DNA of 64,000 bases from Atribacterota bacterium (GCA_040767965.1 JAXGNR010000006.1:1-64000), one strand, 5' to 3'. Positions 39,698-50,465 are shown, counted from the first letter of the stretch. The notes: generated by a model not told the origin, from the sequence alone. Numbers and translations: made by a program.

Positions 39698-40363
39698 CTA
39701 ATCCTCTAAAGCAATTACTCTCAATGGGAATGAATCCAGCCCTTTAACCGCTAATGGGAATGCATATATTTGAATACGATTTCCTGATATACTATCCATG
39801 TTGCACATGTTTTCTATTAATGGAATACTATTTATAAAAAGGGTATAATGATTAACATGCTCTTCGCTTGCCGGCAATTCAACTCCTGAAGTATCTACTC
39901 CCATTAATTTCATGCCTTTCTCTATTAACCATTCAATTGATTCTGTAGAAAAATATGGATTATTTTCATATTCCGGTTTTCCGTAATATTTTGAAAAACC
40001 TAGATTGCATAATACTATATCTCCCTGCTTAATATCCCCTGCTTCTTTTGCAGCTTTTTGGATACACTCTATTGTGATACTGCTTCTGGGCAACACTTCT
40101 TTGAGATTCAATATTACTGCTTCACCACATAGCCTATCAAGGGAAATCTGAGATACGTCCTTGCCATTTTTCAATAGATGAAAAGGTGCTTCGATATGTG
40201 TTCCTATATGATTAACCATAGAAATATTATGCATAATGTACCATTGATTTTCTAATCTTATTACATTTGGGTTTATTTCGTCTGCACCAACCATCTCTAT
40301 TTCAAACTTTCTTCCCGCACTGTTTGGAATAATAGTATGAGATAAATCTATTAATCTAGCCAT
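39698..40363 (-). CDS. Cyclase / kynurenine formamidase family protein
   Basis: LIDLSH, NHIGTHIEAPFH, IPLIEN, GLDSFPLRVIA. Confidence 0.9.
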   Translation of the reverse strand: MARLIDLSHTIIPNSAGRKFEIEMVGADEINPNVIRLENQWYIMHNISMVNHIGTHIEAPFHLLKNGKDVSQISLDRLCGEAVILNLKEVLPRSSITIECIQKAAKEAGDIKQGDIVLCNLGFSKYYGKPEYENNPYFSTESIEWLIEKGMKLMGVDTSGVELPASEEHVNHYTLFINSIPLIENMCNMDSISGNRIQIYAFPLAVKGLDSFPLRVIALED

Positions 40364-40537
40364 TTTTATCCTCGCTTTTTATTCTTAATTATATTAAAAA
40401 TGCTATATAAAAACATATTCCATAAATATTCTAACATAAATCCATATAGAAAATGTACAGAAAAAATTATCCTAGACTACAGTCTATTTTAATGTTGGCA
40501 ATTAATTAATTTTTAATTCACAATCTGAAAATTTCTC

Positions 40538-40598
40538 TTGACAAATTAAAATAATATCAATAATATATCATATATAATACTATATGTATATTGCATAT
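40538..40598 (+). promoter_or_regulatory. Sigma70 promoter and candidate PadR operator
   Basis: TTGACA(40538)-17-TAATAT; imperfect palindrome ATATGTATATTGCATAT (40582-40598). Confidence 0.5.
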
Positions 40599-40626
40599 AT
40601 ATTATTTACACATAAAGGGGTGTTAT

Positions 40627-41016
40627 ATGAAAAAAGAACAAGATCAGTTCTGCAAAGGGAAACCACATAATATGGAAAGGTTTATGGAAATATGCCTGCT
40701 ATTACTTTTATCTCAAGAAAATAGCCATGGTTATACTTTAGCAGAAAAATTAATCTACTTTGGATTTTCTAAAGAAGAGTTGAATCTTGGATCCTTATAT
40801 AGGACATTAAGAAAAATGGAGAAAAGTAATTATGTTGCTTCTAATTGGCAAAAGGGAGGCCCTGGACCAAAAAAAAGGGTATATCAGATTACAGAAACAG
40901 GGAAGGATATGCTGGATCAATGGATTCAAATTCTAAAAAACAGAAAAAAAAGAATTGAAAAGTTAATTAGCAGCTATGATTTATTAAAAAATAAATTTAC
41001 TGAAGAGGAAAAATAA
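40627..41016 (+). CDS. PadR family transcriptional regulator
   Basis: SHGYTL, GSLYRTLRKME, GPKKRVYQITETG. Confidence 0.92.
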   Translation: MKKEQDQFCKGKPHNMERFMEICLLLLLSQENSHGYTLAEKLIYFGFSKEELNLGSLYRTLRKMEKSNYVASNWQKGGPGPKKRVYQITETGKDMLDQWIQILKNRKKRIEKLISSYDLLKNKFTEEEK

Positions 41017-41018
41017 AA

Positions 41019-41651
41019 ATGAAAAAACTTTTTATAAATATATCAAGAATATTATTCTTGGGAATTTTTCTTTGGCTAATTTCTAAAGGAGCAATGATAT
41101 TGTGGTTAGGAATATTCGGAGTTACTGTAATTTTAGCACTAATATTAGGCAGAGTATTCTGTGGATGGATATGCCCCATGAATACTGTAATGATACCGGC
41201 AGAATGGCTTTCCAAAAAGCTTAATATACAAGCAGAAAACAGTCCCAGCTGGTTAAAATCTAAAGTAATTCCCTGGTTAATGTTATTTATAATGCTAGGC
41301 ACTATGATCTTCGCAAAAAGGTTTTTAGGTATCCAAATGCCAGTATTGCTATATTTAGTAATTCTGTCGTTTATTATTACTCTAAGATACAAGCCAGAAA
41401 TTTTTCACAATTACATCTGCCCTTTTGGTCTTTTGCAAAGTTTGACAGGAAGATTTGCTCTATTCACTGAACAGGTAAACCATGATAAATGTATCGGGTG
41501 TAAATTGTGTGAAACTGTTTGCCCTTCTGAAGCTGTTAAGGTTTCAAAAGATACAAAAAAGGCTGATATCAAACCTGTGTTATGCCACCAATGCTTTAAT
41601 TGTCAACTGGTATGTCCAAAAAATGCTATCAGTTATGGAAAAAAAATATGA
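41019..41651 (+). CDS. Membrane 4Fe-4S binding protein (NapH/YccM-like)
   Basis: GRVFCGWICPM, HNYICPFG, CIGCKLCETVCP, CHQCFNCQLVCP. Confidence 0.9.
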   Translation: MKKLFINISRILFLGIFLWLISKGAMILWLGIFGVTVILALILGRVFCGWICPMNTVMIPAEWLSKKLNIQAENSPSWLKSKVIPWLMLFIMLGTMIFAKRFLGIQMPVLLYLVILSFIITLRYKPEIFHNYICPFGLLQSLTGRFALFTEQVNHDKCIGCKLCETVCPSEAVKVSKDTKKADIKPVLCHQCFNCQLVCPKNAISYGKKI

Positions 41652-41740
41652 GATAAAAACCCCTATAAATTTTTCAAAAATTACAAATAATCAATCGAGA
41701 TGTATTTAAATTAAAACTGAATAAAGAGGAGTGATTATAG

Positions 41741-42220
41741 ATGATTACTATTGTTGTAATATATAGTTTATTAATATTTTCTCTACTATTATCTTTCTGG
41801 AAAAACCGACAAAAAACTTTGAAATCTTTTTTAATTGCCGGAAGGGCTTTTCTCAAAACAGCACCCAGTTTGTTGACCATATTGGGAATTGTAGGTTTAA
41901 TTTTAGGAATTTTAACCCCGGAAACCATTTCTAAACTAATAGGTTCTGAGGCTGGATACTGGGCTACAGGTATAGCTGCAATATTAGGTGCCATTACCTT
42001 GATTCCTTCGCTGATTGCTTTTCCTTTAGCTGGATCTTTGTTGCGTTCAGGTGCAACAATCATGACTATATCAGCATTTATTACAACACTGGTCATGGTC
42101 GGCGTGGTAACCGCCCCTATGGAGATAAAATCTCTGGGGAAAAAATTTACCATTTTACGTAATAGTTTAAGCTTTGTTGGAGCTTTGATTATTGCTGCGA
42201 TAATGGGGGTAATTTTATAA
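41741..42220 (+). CDS. Permease half (DUF318/ArsP-like)
   Basis: IPSLIAFPLAGSLLRSGA, PMEIKSLG...RN. Confidence 0.8.
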   Translation: MITIVVIYSLLIFSLLLSFWKNRQKTLKSFLIAGRAFLKTAPSLLTILGIVGLILGILTPETISKLIGSEAGYWATGIAAILGAITLIPSLIAFPLAGSLLRSGATIMTISAFITTLVMVGVVTAPMEIKSLGKKFTILRNSLSFVGALIIAAIMGVIL

Positions 42221-42741
42221 TGACTTCTTTAAATAAATTCAAATTTCCTATTTTTCTCGGAGTGGTTTATCTAATTTTAATCTTTTGGCTTCCAAATGCG
42301 GCTGAAAGATCAATTTCAGTAGCGATTGATTATGCTAAAGAAATGGCTCTTATTATGCCTGCAGTATTTGTATTAATGGGGCTGATGGAAGTGTGGATTC
42401 CTAAAGATAAGATCCAGAAATGGCTAGGGAAAAGCTCTGGAATAAAAGGTATCCTTATTTCCTTTTTTATGGGAACATTACCAACCGGACCATTATATGT
42501 TGCCTTTCCATTAACTGCCTCTTTGTTAAAAAAAGGTGCCAGTATTACTAATATGGTTGTATTCTTAGGTTCCTGGGCTGCTTTGAAAGTACCCCAATTA
42601 TTATTGGAAATTAAATTTCTGGGAAGCTCTTTTACTCTGTTACGATTTATATTAACTTTTACAGCAATAGTATTGATTGGCATTGTAATGGAGTTATTTC
42701 TTAAAAAGAATACTGATAAAGTTTGGTTAAATTACGAATAA
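42220..42741 (+). CDS. Permease half (DUF318/ArsP-like)
   Basis: WLGKSSG, GPLYVAFP...LLKKGAS, KVPQLLLEIKFLG; TAATG overlap with upstream half. Confidence 0.8.
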   Translation: MTSLNKFKFPIFLGVVYLILIFWLPNAAERSISVAIDYAKEMALIMPAVFVLMGLMEVWIPKDKIQKWLGKSSGIKGILISFFMGTLPTGPLYVAFPLTASLLKKGASITNMVVFLGSWAALKVPQLLLEIKFLGSSFTLLRFILTFTAIVLIGIVMELFLKKNTDKVWLNYE

Positions 42742-42854
42742 ACTTCTTTCTTGCTGTTAAAACCAGAAAAAAACTTATTTTTACAAAAAAAAGTGAATGT
42801 TTAATTATTCCAAATTTTTAGTTGTTTAATGTCAGCTTTTTAAGTTTATGGTAA

Positions 42855-44213
42855 TTATGTTAAACGAGTAAAAAGTAAGGTTGCAATTGCAAAATATATT
42901 GTTAAATTAATTACATCATTTATAGTTGTTATGAAAGGGCCAGCAGCGATGGCAGGATCAATCTTGAGGCGGGTAAAGATGATAGGTAAAAGAGTACCGG
43001 TAGTGGCTGCAAGTATTGCAGTAATAAAAGCAGATAATCCGATAGTGATCGATAGAATATAATTTCTCTGCCAGATGTAGGTAAATGAAAATATAATAAT
43101 ACTGGTTAGAAGACCTATAAAAAACCCAGTTCTGGTTTCTGCCCAAACGTTTCTCCACAGTTCATCCGTACTAAGCTGCCCGGTTGCCAGGCCTCTAACA
43201 GTAATTGTAGAAGATTGGGAGCCAATATTCCCTCCCATATCCATAATAATTGGGATAAAAAAAGCCAGGGCTATTACAAGTTGTAATATTGTAGTATTAA
43301 TTTCGATAACCTTTCCGGAAATTATTTGTCCAGCTACACAAACAAGTAGCCATGGCAAGCGGGCTTTTGCCCTTTGCAGAGAGGTTGCTTTGATTAGTCT
43401 ATCTTCATAAAACTCATTTGAACCAACCATCTTGTGAATATCTTCAGTTACCTCTTCTTCCAAAACATCGATAATATCATCTACAGTAATTATTCCAACC
43501 ATTTTCCCCTGTTTATCAACAACAGGTATAGCCAGCAAGTCATAATCAGAAATAACTTTTGCAACTATCTCCTGATCTTCTTTATCTGTTACGCTTATAA
43601 CATTTTCTTCCATAATTTCTGTAATATTTTTTTCAGGGTCAGCTACAATCAAATCTCTTAGAGACAATACTCCTATCAAGCGCTTTCTTTTGTCCAAAAC
43701 ATAAACATAATAAATCATTTCGGCTTCTAAGCTCATTTCCCGAATAAGTTTAATTGATTGTTCTGCAGTAAAGCTTTCCGGAATGGCTACAAATTCATTA
43801 TTCATGATACTCCCGGCAGTATTTTCTTCATAATGCATTAGCTGTTCAATTTCGCTAGCCTCTTCTTCAGGCATTAATTCCAGTAACTGTCTCGATTCTT
43901 CAGGAGTAATCTCAGTCAACAAATCAACAGCTTCATCTGTATCCATCTCTTCCAGGATTGCAGAAGCTTGTTTTTGATCCATTAATTTCAGCAAGTCAGA
44001 TTGTAATTCAGGAGAAAATTCAGCAATATATTCAGCTATTATCTCTGAATCTTCTATAATCTGGAATATTCTGATAATTTTTTCAGCAGAAAATTCTTCA
44101 ACAATTTCCCTGAAATCATTAGGGTGAAGATCTCCAATTAATTCTTTTATTTCTTCAGATTTTTGTTTTTCCAATAATTCTTTTATTTTTTGAATATAAA
44201 ACTGTTTTTCCAT
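42855..44213 (-). CDS. mgtE: Magnesium transporter MgtE
   Basis: MgtE_N and CBS pair, ARLPWL, MGGNIGSQ, DPAIAAGPFITTIND. Confidence 0.95.
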   Translation of the reverse strand: MEKQFYIQKIKELLEKQKSEEIKELIGDLHPNDFREIVEEFSAEKIIRIFQIIEDSEIIAEYIAEFSPELQSDLLKLMDQKQASAILEEMDTDEAVDLLTEITPEESRQLLELMPEEEASEIEQLMHYEENTAGSIMNNEFVAIPESFTAEQSIKLIREMSLEAEMIYYVYVLDKRKRLIGVLSLRDLIVADPEKNITEIMEENVISVTDKEDQEIVAKVISDYDLLAIPVVDKQGKMVGIITVDDIIDVLEEEVTEDIHKMVGSNEFYEDRLIKATSLQRAKARLPWLLVCVAGQIISGKVIEINTTILQLVIALAFFIPIIMDMGGNIGSQSSTITVRGLATGQLSTDELWRNVWAETRTGFFIGLLTSIIIFSFTYIWQRNYILSITIGLSAFITAILAATTGTLLPIIFTRLKIDPAIAAGPFITTINDVINLTIYFAIATLLFTRLT

Positions 44214-44536
44214 TTTTATCATCCTGGATAATGTCAAATAAATTTAATTATAACATCAATAATATTATAAACAAAATTCTAACTCTTGTATGTTAACTGG
44301 ATAATCTTTATTGTTCAATGATGCTTGGTAGTTTAAAAGTAAAATATTTTTTTGTTTTTCATGATCGATTTGTGGAGAATTTTTCTATGAATAATAAGTA
44401 TAATGAATAGTTAAGAAAATACTATTGATATGTTAAGATTGGAAACCGCTTTTCCTCAAGTCAGGTAAAAATTATTGCAGATAAACTTAAAGCTTCTAAG
44501 TTCTTAGATTGACTAATAAATAGAATGTTTTTAAAT

Positions 44537-44579
44537 TTATCCAGCCAATTCCTGCTATTAGTAGGGATTGGCTGGATAA
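44537..44579 (-). terminator. Intrinsic terminator
   Basis: TTATCCAGCCAAT / ATTGGCTGGATAA. Confidence 0.7.
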
Positions 44580-44641
44580 TATCTCATGGTAATAATCCTA
44601 ATTTCAGTTGATTTTTTATAAAACTTTTTTGCTAATATCTC

Positions 44642-45127
44642 TTATTTTTTTCCTGTAAAAATTTTCCAATAATATTTTACATGCCATAGGGCGTGAAAGA
44701 TACCAACGAGACCCATGGCAATAGAAAACTCAACATGCCAGAATTTCCTTTCCCTTGTCGGGCTGATTTTCAAATTACTTGCCAATAATTTTCCTCCAAG
44801 GTATAAAAAAACAATAGCAAGACTAATTTCGATTAAATAGTAATGATTGATAGTTTTTTTCTGTTCGGAATTAACATCTACTTCCTGTTGTTCAGAAGCA
44901 TTGGCATTGATGAAAAATGTATTACTTATTGGCCCTGGATTATTCTGAGTTTGGTTATCTGCCCTCTCCACAGGTTTTGGTTGAGATAAATCACATATCC
45001 CGTCATTGTTTGTATCAGTATATCTACCACAATCACCTGGATAAAGGCAATCTTCTTCGCCAAACGGACACCTGTTCCAGGGTTGTGTGGTTGCCACAAA
45101 AGTAACTGAAAATAGAAAAATAAGCAA
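44642..45127 (-). CDS. Membrane protein with Cys-rich N-terminal motif and DUF4405-like C-terminus, possibly degraded
   Basis: CPFGEEDCLYPGDCGRYTDTNNDGICDLSQ; FWHVE...FHALWH; RBS-positioned codon at 45172 is ATA. Confidence 0.6.
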   Translation of the reverse strand: MLIFLFSVTFVATTQPWNRCPFGEEDCLYPGDCGRYTDTNNDGICDLSQPKPVERADNQTQNNPGPISNTFFINANASEQQEVDVNSEQKKTINHYYLIEISLAIVFLYLGGKLLASNLKISPTRERKFWHVEFSIAMGLVGIFHALWHVKYYWKIFTGKK

Positions 45128-45339
45128 GGTAATAAAATAAAAATATAGCTTCTTCTTTTTAAATAATTTTATCGAAATCCCTTCCTTATAAAAATTATTG
45201 TTCTAACAATTCCAATAAATAATACGAAAAAATTATCATTTTTCTTTCATATTGGTAAGATTTTAAGGAATCTTGAAATTGGAATGGCTCGTACAGAGAA
45301 GCAAAGAAGAAAAATAATGATAAAATTTGACCCGGATGG

Positions 45340-45790
45340 CAATACTACATTCAAATCTTTTATAAAGAGATCTTATAGTAATTTCAACAGCAATAAAATA
45401 AGCAAAAAGTATTATTAATATCAACGCAATCACAACTGCTGGCAACTTCACAAATTCAAAATATTGTTTGCCAAAAGAAGTATTAATAAGAAATACTACA
45501 ATGACAGCTATAAATAAGAATATTGGAAATAACAGCTTGCTTGGCCTACTTTTGACAAAAAATAATCTTGTCCGTATGGAAAAGGTAATAAATATCTCAG
45601 ATAAAACTGTTTCACAAAACCATGCTGTTCAGAATATATGCGGCTCAACCCTTAAAATTAAAATCGATGGAATGATCAACGCCAATCAAAAAATATATAT
45701 TATCATATCTCAAAATACAGAATAAATTATGATATGAACCTTATATTCCAATATCCTGGTTTTATTAGAAATTTCTCATCCAATAATCTA
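45340..45790 (-). pseudogene. mgtA: C-terminal relic of Mg2+-translocating P-type ATPase
   Basis: DEKFLIKPGYWNIRFIS*, F*TAWFCETVLSEIFITFSIRTR..FVKSRPS, FEFVKLP...YFIAVEI; in-frame stops, no N-terminal part. Confidence 0.75.
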
Positions 45791-46273
45791 TCAATAAAAA
45801 ACAGAAGATATCCAAACCCCGGCATAATGTGTTAGAATTATCACTATTATAGCAACAACCAGATGCTCCAGAACTACATTCCAGGCATTTGAATCTTGCT
45901 TACGGGATAACAAATAGCTTAATATAGATAACAAAGAAAGGCCTAATATCACACTAACGATTACGGCTGTTGGAAGATCAAAATATAATACAGGCAGAAT
46001 AAATAAAGAAGCAAAAATAAATTTAGCTAAAAAAGTGAAAATTGTTGATTGCCATATTTCTCTATCTGTATGCTTCCCCTCTGATTCTTCCGAGATATGA
46101 ATTCCTAAAGCATCTGAAAAGGAATCTGCTATCGCTATAGTTAGTATGCCACCAATAACTGTAACCTTGGACTGTGTCCCAGAACTCAACCCCACTATAA
46201 GACCTAATGTGGTAATAATACCTGAGGTAATTCCAAAAGAAAAACCTACTTCAAATGAATGTTTATTGATCAT
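45791..46273 (-). CDS. VIT1/CCC1-like small membrane protein
   Basis: FSFGITSGIITTLGL, IAIADSFSDALGIHISEESE. Confidence 0.8.
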   Translation of the reverse strand: MINKHSFEVGFSFGITSGIITTLGLIVGLSSGTQSKVTVIGGILTIAIADSFSDALGIHISEESEGKHTDREIWQSTIFTFLAKFIFASLFILPVLYFDLPTAVIVSVILGLSLLSILSYLLSRKQDSNAWNVVLEHLVVAIIVIILTHYAGVWISSVFY

Positions 46274-46512
46274 ACAAATCCTTTATATATTTTTAATACA
46301 CAAGATATAAAATTAACATTATAGAAAATTTTTTGTAAACCAATTTTCTTTTATCTAACATCCTATTATATCTGCATTTTAATAATACACTATTTTTTTC
46401 AGCCTACAAAAATTAATTGTCTAATAAGTTTTTTATCTTCAAAGAAATTCATTACTGGATATAAGTCATTGTTAAAATAAACTGAACCTTAAATTTAAAT
46501 TACACTTTATTT

Positions 46513-47682
46513 TTAACTTTTTAAAAATAAACCTTTTGTCTTCCTGCATACTGATACCAGCATCAGCATAACCGGAACTTCAATTAAAACACCAACCACT
46601 GTTGCTAATGCAGCACCGGAAGCCAAACCAAAGATCATAGTAGCAGTAGCAATCGCTACCTCAAAATGATTGCTGGCACCGATTAGTGCTGAAGGAGCAG
46701 CATCTTCATAATTAAGCTTTAGTAATCTGGCTAACCCATAAGTAAGGAAAAAGATTAGATTGGTCTGAATGAAAAGCGGAATAGCGATCCATAAAATCGT
46801 CAGAGGCTGAGTTAAAATCACATCTCCTTTAAAGGAAAATAATAATACCAGGGTAAAAAGCAAGGCAATGATCGATACAGGAGTAAGTGTATGTAAAAAT
46901 TTCTCTTTGAACCATTGCTCCCCTTTTCTTCTGATTATCCATTTGCGGGAATAGTAACCTGCTACCAGGGGCAAGGCTACATAAATACTGATGGAAAGAA
47001 ATAATACCTGCCAGGGTACCGGCATCTTTCCTACTCCAAGTAAGAAGCCACCTAACGGACCATATAAAAATAACATGGAAAGAGAATTAATGGCTACCAT
47101 CACCAGGGTATGCCCGTCATTTCCTTTGGCCAGATAGCCCCATACCAGCACCATGGCTGTACAGGGAGCAATGCCCAGGAGGATACATCCGGCAAGATAA
47201 CTTCTCCAGAGAGGGATTTCCAGCATCCTGATACTTTCACTTAAGACAACGGTTCCTGCCCCATGTACCGAACCGACTGTCCAATCTACTCCCGGAGGCA
47301 GTTTCACCAGATCTGTTGCATCAACTCCAATCAGGTTTCTAAAAAGAAAGCCTAAAAAGAAGTAGGCAATCAGATACATGGTAAAAGGCTTGATAGCCCA
47401 GTTGGCAAAAAGAGTCAAACCAACCGGCTTGGGGGATTTTCCTGCCCTCAGCACTTCTGCAAAGTCAATCTTGACCATAATCGGATACATCATAAAAAAT
47501 AGGCAAATAGCAATGGGAATAGAGATGACCGGTGCACCGTTGATATATATCGCAATTCCATCCAGAAACTGAGCAGCCCCGGGAGCTACTTTACCAAAAA
47601 TAATGCCTGCTACAATACACAACAAGACCCAAACTGTTAAATATTTTTCAAAGATATTCAATCCGCCTTGATTTTCTTTCAC
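46513..47682 (-). CDS. acr3: Arsenite efflux transporter Acr3
   Basis: [59 protein letters not shown]. Confidence 0.95.
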   Translation of the reverse strand: MKENQGGLNIFEKYLTVWVLLCIVAGIIFGKVAPGAAQFLDGIAIYINGAPVISIPIAICLFFMMYPIMVKIDFAEVLRAGKSPKPVGLTLFANWAIKPFTMYLIAYFFLGFLFRNLIGVDATDLVKLPPGVDWTVGSVHGAGTVVLSESIRMLEIPLWRSYLAGCILLGIAPCTAMVLVWGYLAKGNDGHTLVMVAINSLSMLFLYGPLGGFLLGVGKMPVPWQVLFLSISIYVALPLVAGYYSRKWIIRRKGEQWFKEKFLHTLTPVSIIALLFTLVLLFSFKGDVILTQPLTILWIAIPLFIQTNLIFFLTYGLARLLKLNYEDAAPSALIGASNHFEVAIATATMIFGLASGAALATVVGVLIEVPVMLMLVSVCRKTKGLFLKS

Positions 47683-47697
47683 GATACAGTTCCTCCT

Positions 47698-48399
47698 TTA
47701 AACACTCCAGATTAAATAAATTCCACCTAAAACAACTAAAACACCGCATATTTTTTTCACTATGACCATACTCCGCGAATCCTTATTCCAATTAAGATAT
47801 CTTTGAATTAACCTGGTAAAGGTTCCGGCAAAGACAATGACTGAACAGTGGCCAAACCCGTAAAATAGCAGCAGTAAAACTGCAAAAAGTAATTGCGTAG
47901 CTGATAAGGTAAAGACAATTCCTAACATAGGTGCCATATAGGCAAAAGTGCAAGGCCCCAGGGCAACACCAAAAATGAGTCCTAAAATAAAAGCAGCCAA
48001 GATTCCTTTTTTTTGGAACACCGGCTGATTGGTTTTCCCAATAAAGGGTATTTCAATAACTTCCAGCAAATGAAGACCTATTACAAAAAAGATTAATGCT
48101 ACAAAATAATTCCCGTAAACACCAACATCTCCCAGCATACGACCCATCAAACCGGTTATAAGGCCGATAACACCAATAGTTATTAATATTCCTACCGAAA
48201 AGGAAGTTGACAGCCAAAAAGCCCTTCTGGTAGTCATACGCCCTTGCTCTCCTATAAAAGCTACAATTAGCGGAATACTGGCCAGATGGCAGGGACTAAG
48301 CAATATACTCAAAATCCCCCAGACAAAAGAGGCAATTAAAGCAAAAAGATAACTGGATTGGAGTAAATTATTTAGCCATTCAAAGATTATTACTGACAT
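47698..48399 (-). CDS. ccdA: CcdA/DsbD-beta family membrane disulfide reductase
   Basis: LSPCHLASIP and LGPCTFAYMAP Cys pair. Confidence 0.88.
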   Translation of the reverse strand: MSVIIFEWLNNLLQSSYLFALIASFVWGILSILLSPCHLASIPLIVAFIGEQGRMTTRRAFWLSTSFSVGILITIGVIGLITGLMGRMLGDVGVYGNYFVALIFFVIGLHLLEVIEIPFIGKTNQPVFQKKGILAAFILGLIFGVALGPCTFAYMAPMLGIVFTLSATQLLFAVLLLLFYGFGHCSVIVFAGTFTRLIQRYLNWNKDSRSMVIVKKICGVLVVLGGIYLIWSV

Positions 48400-48821
48400 T
48401 ATTTAACACCCTGCTGTTGCAAAACCTTAACTACTTCTTCTTTAGGAAAAAATCCAAGATGACGGAAATATTCATTGCCGTCTTGATCCAGAAATACCTG
48501 AGTAGGTATCGCCCTGACCTTGTATTCCTGGACATAGGGTTTGCCTTCAGGTGTTTTAACGTCATGGAATACCACCTCTACCTGTCCTTTGTATTCTTCG
48601 GCAATCTCTTCCAGAATAGGTTGCATTTTATCACAAGGAATACATCCAACAGAGCCTAATTCCAGAAAAGTTACTTTTACCTCGCTATCTGATGAAATTT
48701 TTTCTTTCTGACTAATTTCTTTTGTTTCGCTGGGGCTATTGTTAAAAATTGTTTTGAATCCAAATATTGCCAACGAAATTAAAACTATGGATAGTATTAA
48801 AATAAGTTTTTTATTTTTCAT
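48399..48821 (-). CDS. Membrane-anchored thioredoxin family protein
   Basis: N-terminal TM; ELGSVGCIPC; IPTQVF; FRHLGF. Confidence 0.88.
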   Translation of the reverse strand: MKNKKLILILSIVLISLAIFGFKTIFNNSPSETKEISQKEKISSDSEVKVTFLELGSVGCIPCDKMQPILEEIAEEYKGQVEVVFHDVKTPEGKPYVQEYKVRAIPTQVFLDQDGNEYFRHLGFFPKEEVVKVLQQQGVK

Positions 48822-48917
48822 ATATTACACCTTTATTACACCTTGAACAGAAATAATTAAGTCTTGTTTTTGATTTACTACAATAACCTTCTTCCATTTT
48901 AATCTCCTATTCATTTA

Positions 48918-49157
48918 TTAATTAGTTTTTTTAATCCAATCCTTAATTTCTTCTTTGCCGGGAATTTTGCCTGTCACTTTTACTTCTCCATTAATCACCA
49001 AAGCCGGGGTCATCATTACCCCATATTCGGTAATCTTATCCAGGTCTTCTACTTTTATGATTTCTGCCTCTATTCCCAGCTCTTCAACTGCCTGCTGGGC
49101 ATTTTGAAATGTTTTCTTGCATTTTGGGCAACCCATCCCTAAAATTTCTATCTTCAT
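48918..49157 (-). CDS. Small redox-active disulfide protein (MTH895/thioredoxin-like)
   Basis: IEILGMGCPKC, YGVMMTPALVING. Confidence 0.92.
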   Translation of the reverse strand: MKIEILGMGCPKCKKTFQNAQQAVEELGIEAEIIKVEDLDKITEYGVMMTPALVINGEVKVTGKIPGKEEIKDWIKKTN

Positions 49158-49184
49158 AATTTTTCTCCTTTAATCTTTATGAAT

Positions 49185-50366
49185 TTATTGAATTATATTT
49201 CCATAGACCATGCCACTTATCGTGGCCATAATAACAACTAAAGCAACATAAACAATGGTTTTCTTTGTGCCAACTACGCTGCGGATAACCAACATATTAG
49301 GTAAACTTAATGCCGGTCCGGCAAGTAATAGTGCCAATGCGGGACCCTGCCCCATACCTGAACCAATTAACCCTTGCAGTATTGGAACTTCTGTACAGGA
49401 AGCAAAATACATAAGAGCTCCAACAAAAGAGGCATAGAAATTCGCACTAAGTGAATTGCCTCCTACTAAAGAAGCAACAAAACGGGAAGGTATCAACCCT
49501 TCCTCTCCCGGTCTGCCTAAGAAAAGTCCGGCAAAAAAGATACCTAAAAAGAGCAAAGGCAATATCTGCTGGGTAAAACTCCAGGAGGATTCCAGCCAGG
49601 GTGCAATCTCCTGTTTTTGAAACCAGTTCATCAGGATATAGATGAATAAGAGAACAAAGGTAACTGCAAGATACCACTTGTACTGGAATATCAGAGCCCA
49701 TAAGCTCTGGTCTCCTGCCTGAGGCCTTGCCCAGTTGGCAAAGACCATAAAGCCAATCATGGATACAAAATAGAGAATATTCTGCAGACCCGTTCTTCCG
49801 TCAGTTTCACTTTTGCTCACACCAAACTTTAATTCTCCATTGGCTTGCCTTTCTTTTTCTTCGGAAAGAAAGATAAAATGCATACACAAGCCAATAATCA
49901 CACTGAAAATAATAGCTCCGATCGCTCTGGCTAAACCTATCTGCCAGCCTAATACCCGGGCAGTTAGGATAATGGCCAGGACATTTATCGCCGGGCCTGA
50001 ATAAAGAAAGGCTATGGCAGGGCCTAAACCTGCCCCTTTTTTATAGATGCCTGAGAACAAAGGTAATACTGTGCAGGAACATACTGTTAATATAGAACCT
50101 GAAAGAGATGCCACAAAATAAGCCAAAACTTTATTGGTTTTGGCACCCAGATATTTTAGAACTGCATTCTGATCCAGAAACTGATAGATGGCTCCGGCAA
50201 TCAGGAATGCCGGAATCAGACTGAAAATCACATGTTCTCTCGCATACATGTTCAGCATTGCCAGTGCTTCGAAAATCGGATTGCGGAATCCAAAACTATT
50301 CAATGGTAAAAAGTAGAAAAGTAGGAATCCACCTATTATTAAAAAAATTTTTAATTGATTTTTCAT
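49185..50366 (-). CDS. DUF318 / ArsP-like permease
   Basis: AREHV, VCSCTVLPLF, FLYSGPAIN, YFASCTEVP, LLAGPALSLP; start at ATG 50366 behind AGGAG. Confidence 0.9.
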   Translation of the reverse strand: MKNQLKIFLIIGGFLLFYFLPLNSFGFRNPIFEALAMLNMYAREHVIFSLIPAFLIAGAIYQFLDQNAVLKYLGAKTNKVLAYFVASLSGSILTVCSCTVLPLFSGIYKKGAGLGPAIAFLYSGPAINVLAIILTARVLGWQIGLARAIGAIIFSVIIGLCMHFIFLSEEKERQANGELKFGVSKSETDGRTGLQNILYFVSMIGFMVFANWARPQAGDQSLWALIFQYKWYLAVTFVLLFIYILMNWFQKQEIAPWLESSWSFTQQILPLLFLGIFFAGLFLGRPGEEGLIPSRFVASLVGGNSLSANFYASFVGALMYFASCTEVPILQGLIGSGMGQGPALALLLAGPALSLPNMLVIRSVVGTKKTIVYVALVVIMATISGMVYGNIIQ

Positions 50367-50435
50367 TATTCTTTTACTCCTGTATCCCTTCTTACTGCTA
50401 ATAAAAACATAATTAGAATAAAAATTGTTTATATT

Positions 50436-50453
50436 TATAGCCATCAAGCTATC
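50436..50453. promoter_or_regulatory. Candidate ArsR operator 2 (between arsR and permease)
   Basis: TATAGC-N6-GCTATC. Confidence 0.55.
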
Positions 50454-50465
50454 TAACAATAAAAA

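Noticed and set aside
44240-44520. Possible M-box (ykoK) riboswitch before mgtE
   Set aside because: Conserved M-box core sequences not found
45660-45715. TGA recoding (selenocysteine or alternative code) in the mgtA relic
   Set aside because: TGA is a normal stop for intact genes here; the relic also has TAA and lacks most of the gene
45468-45725. 85-aa plus-strand ORF
   Set aside because: Antisense to the mgtA relic
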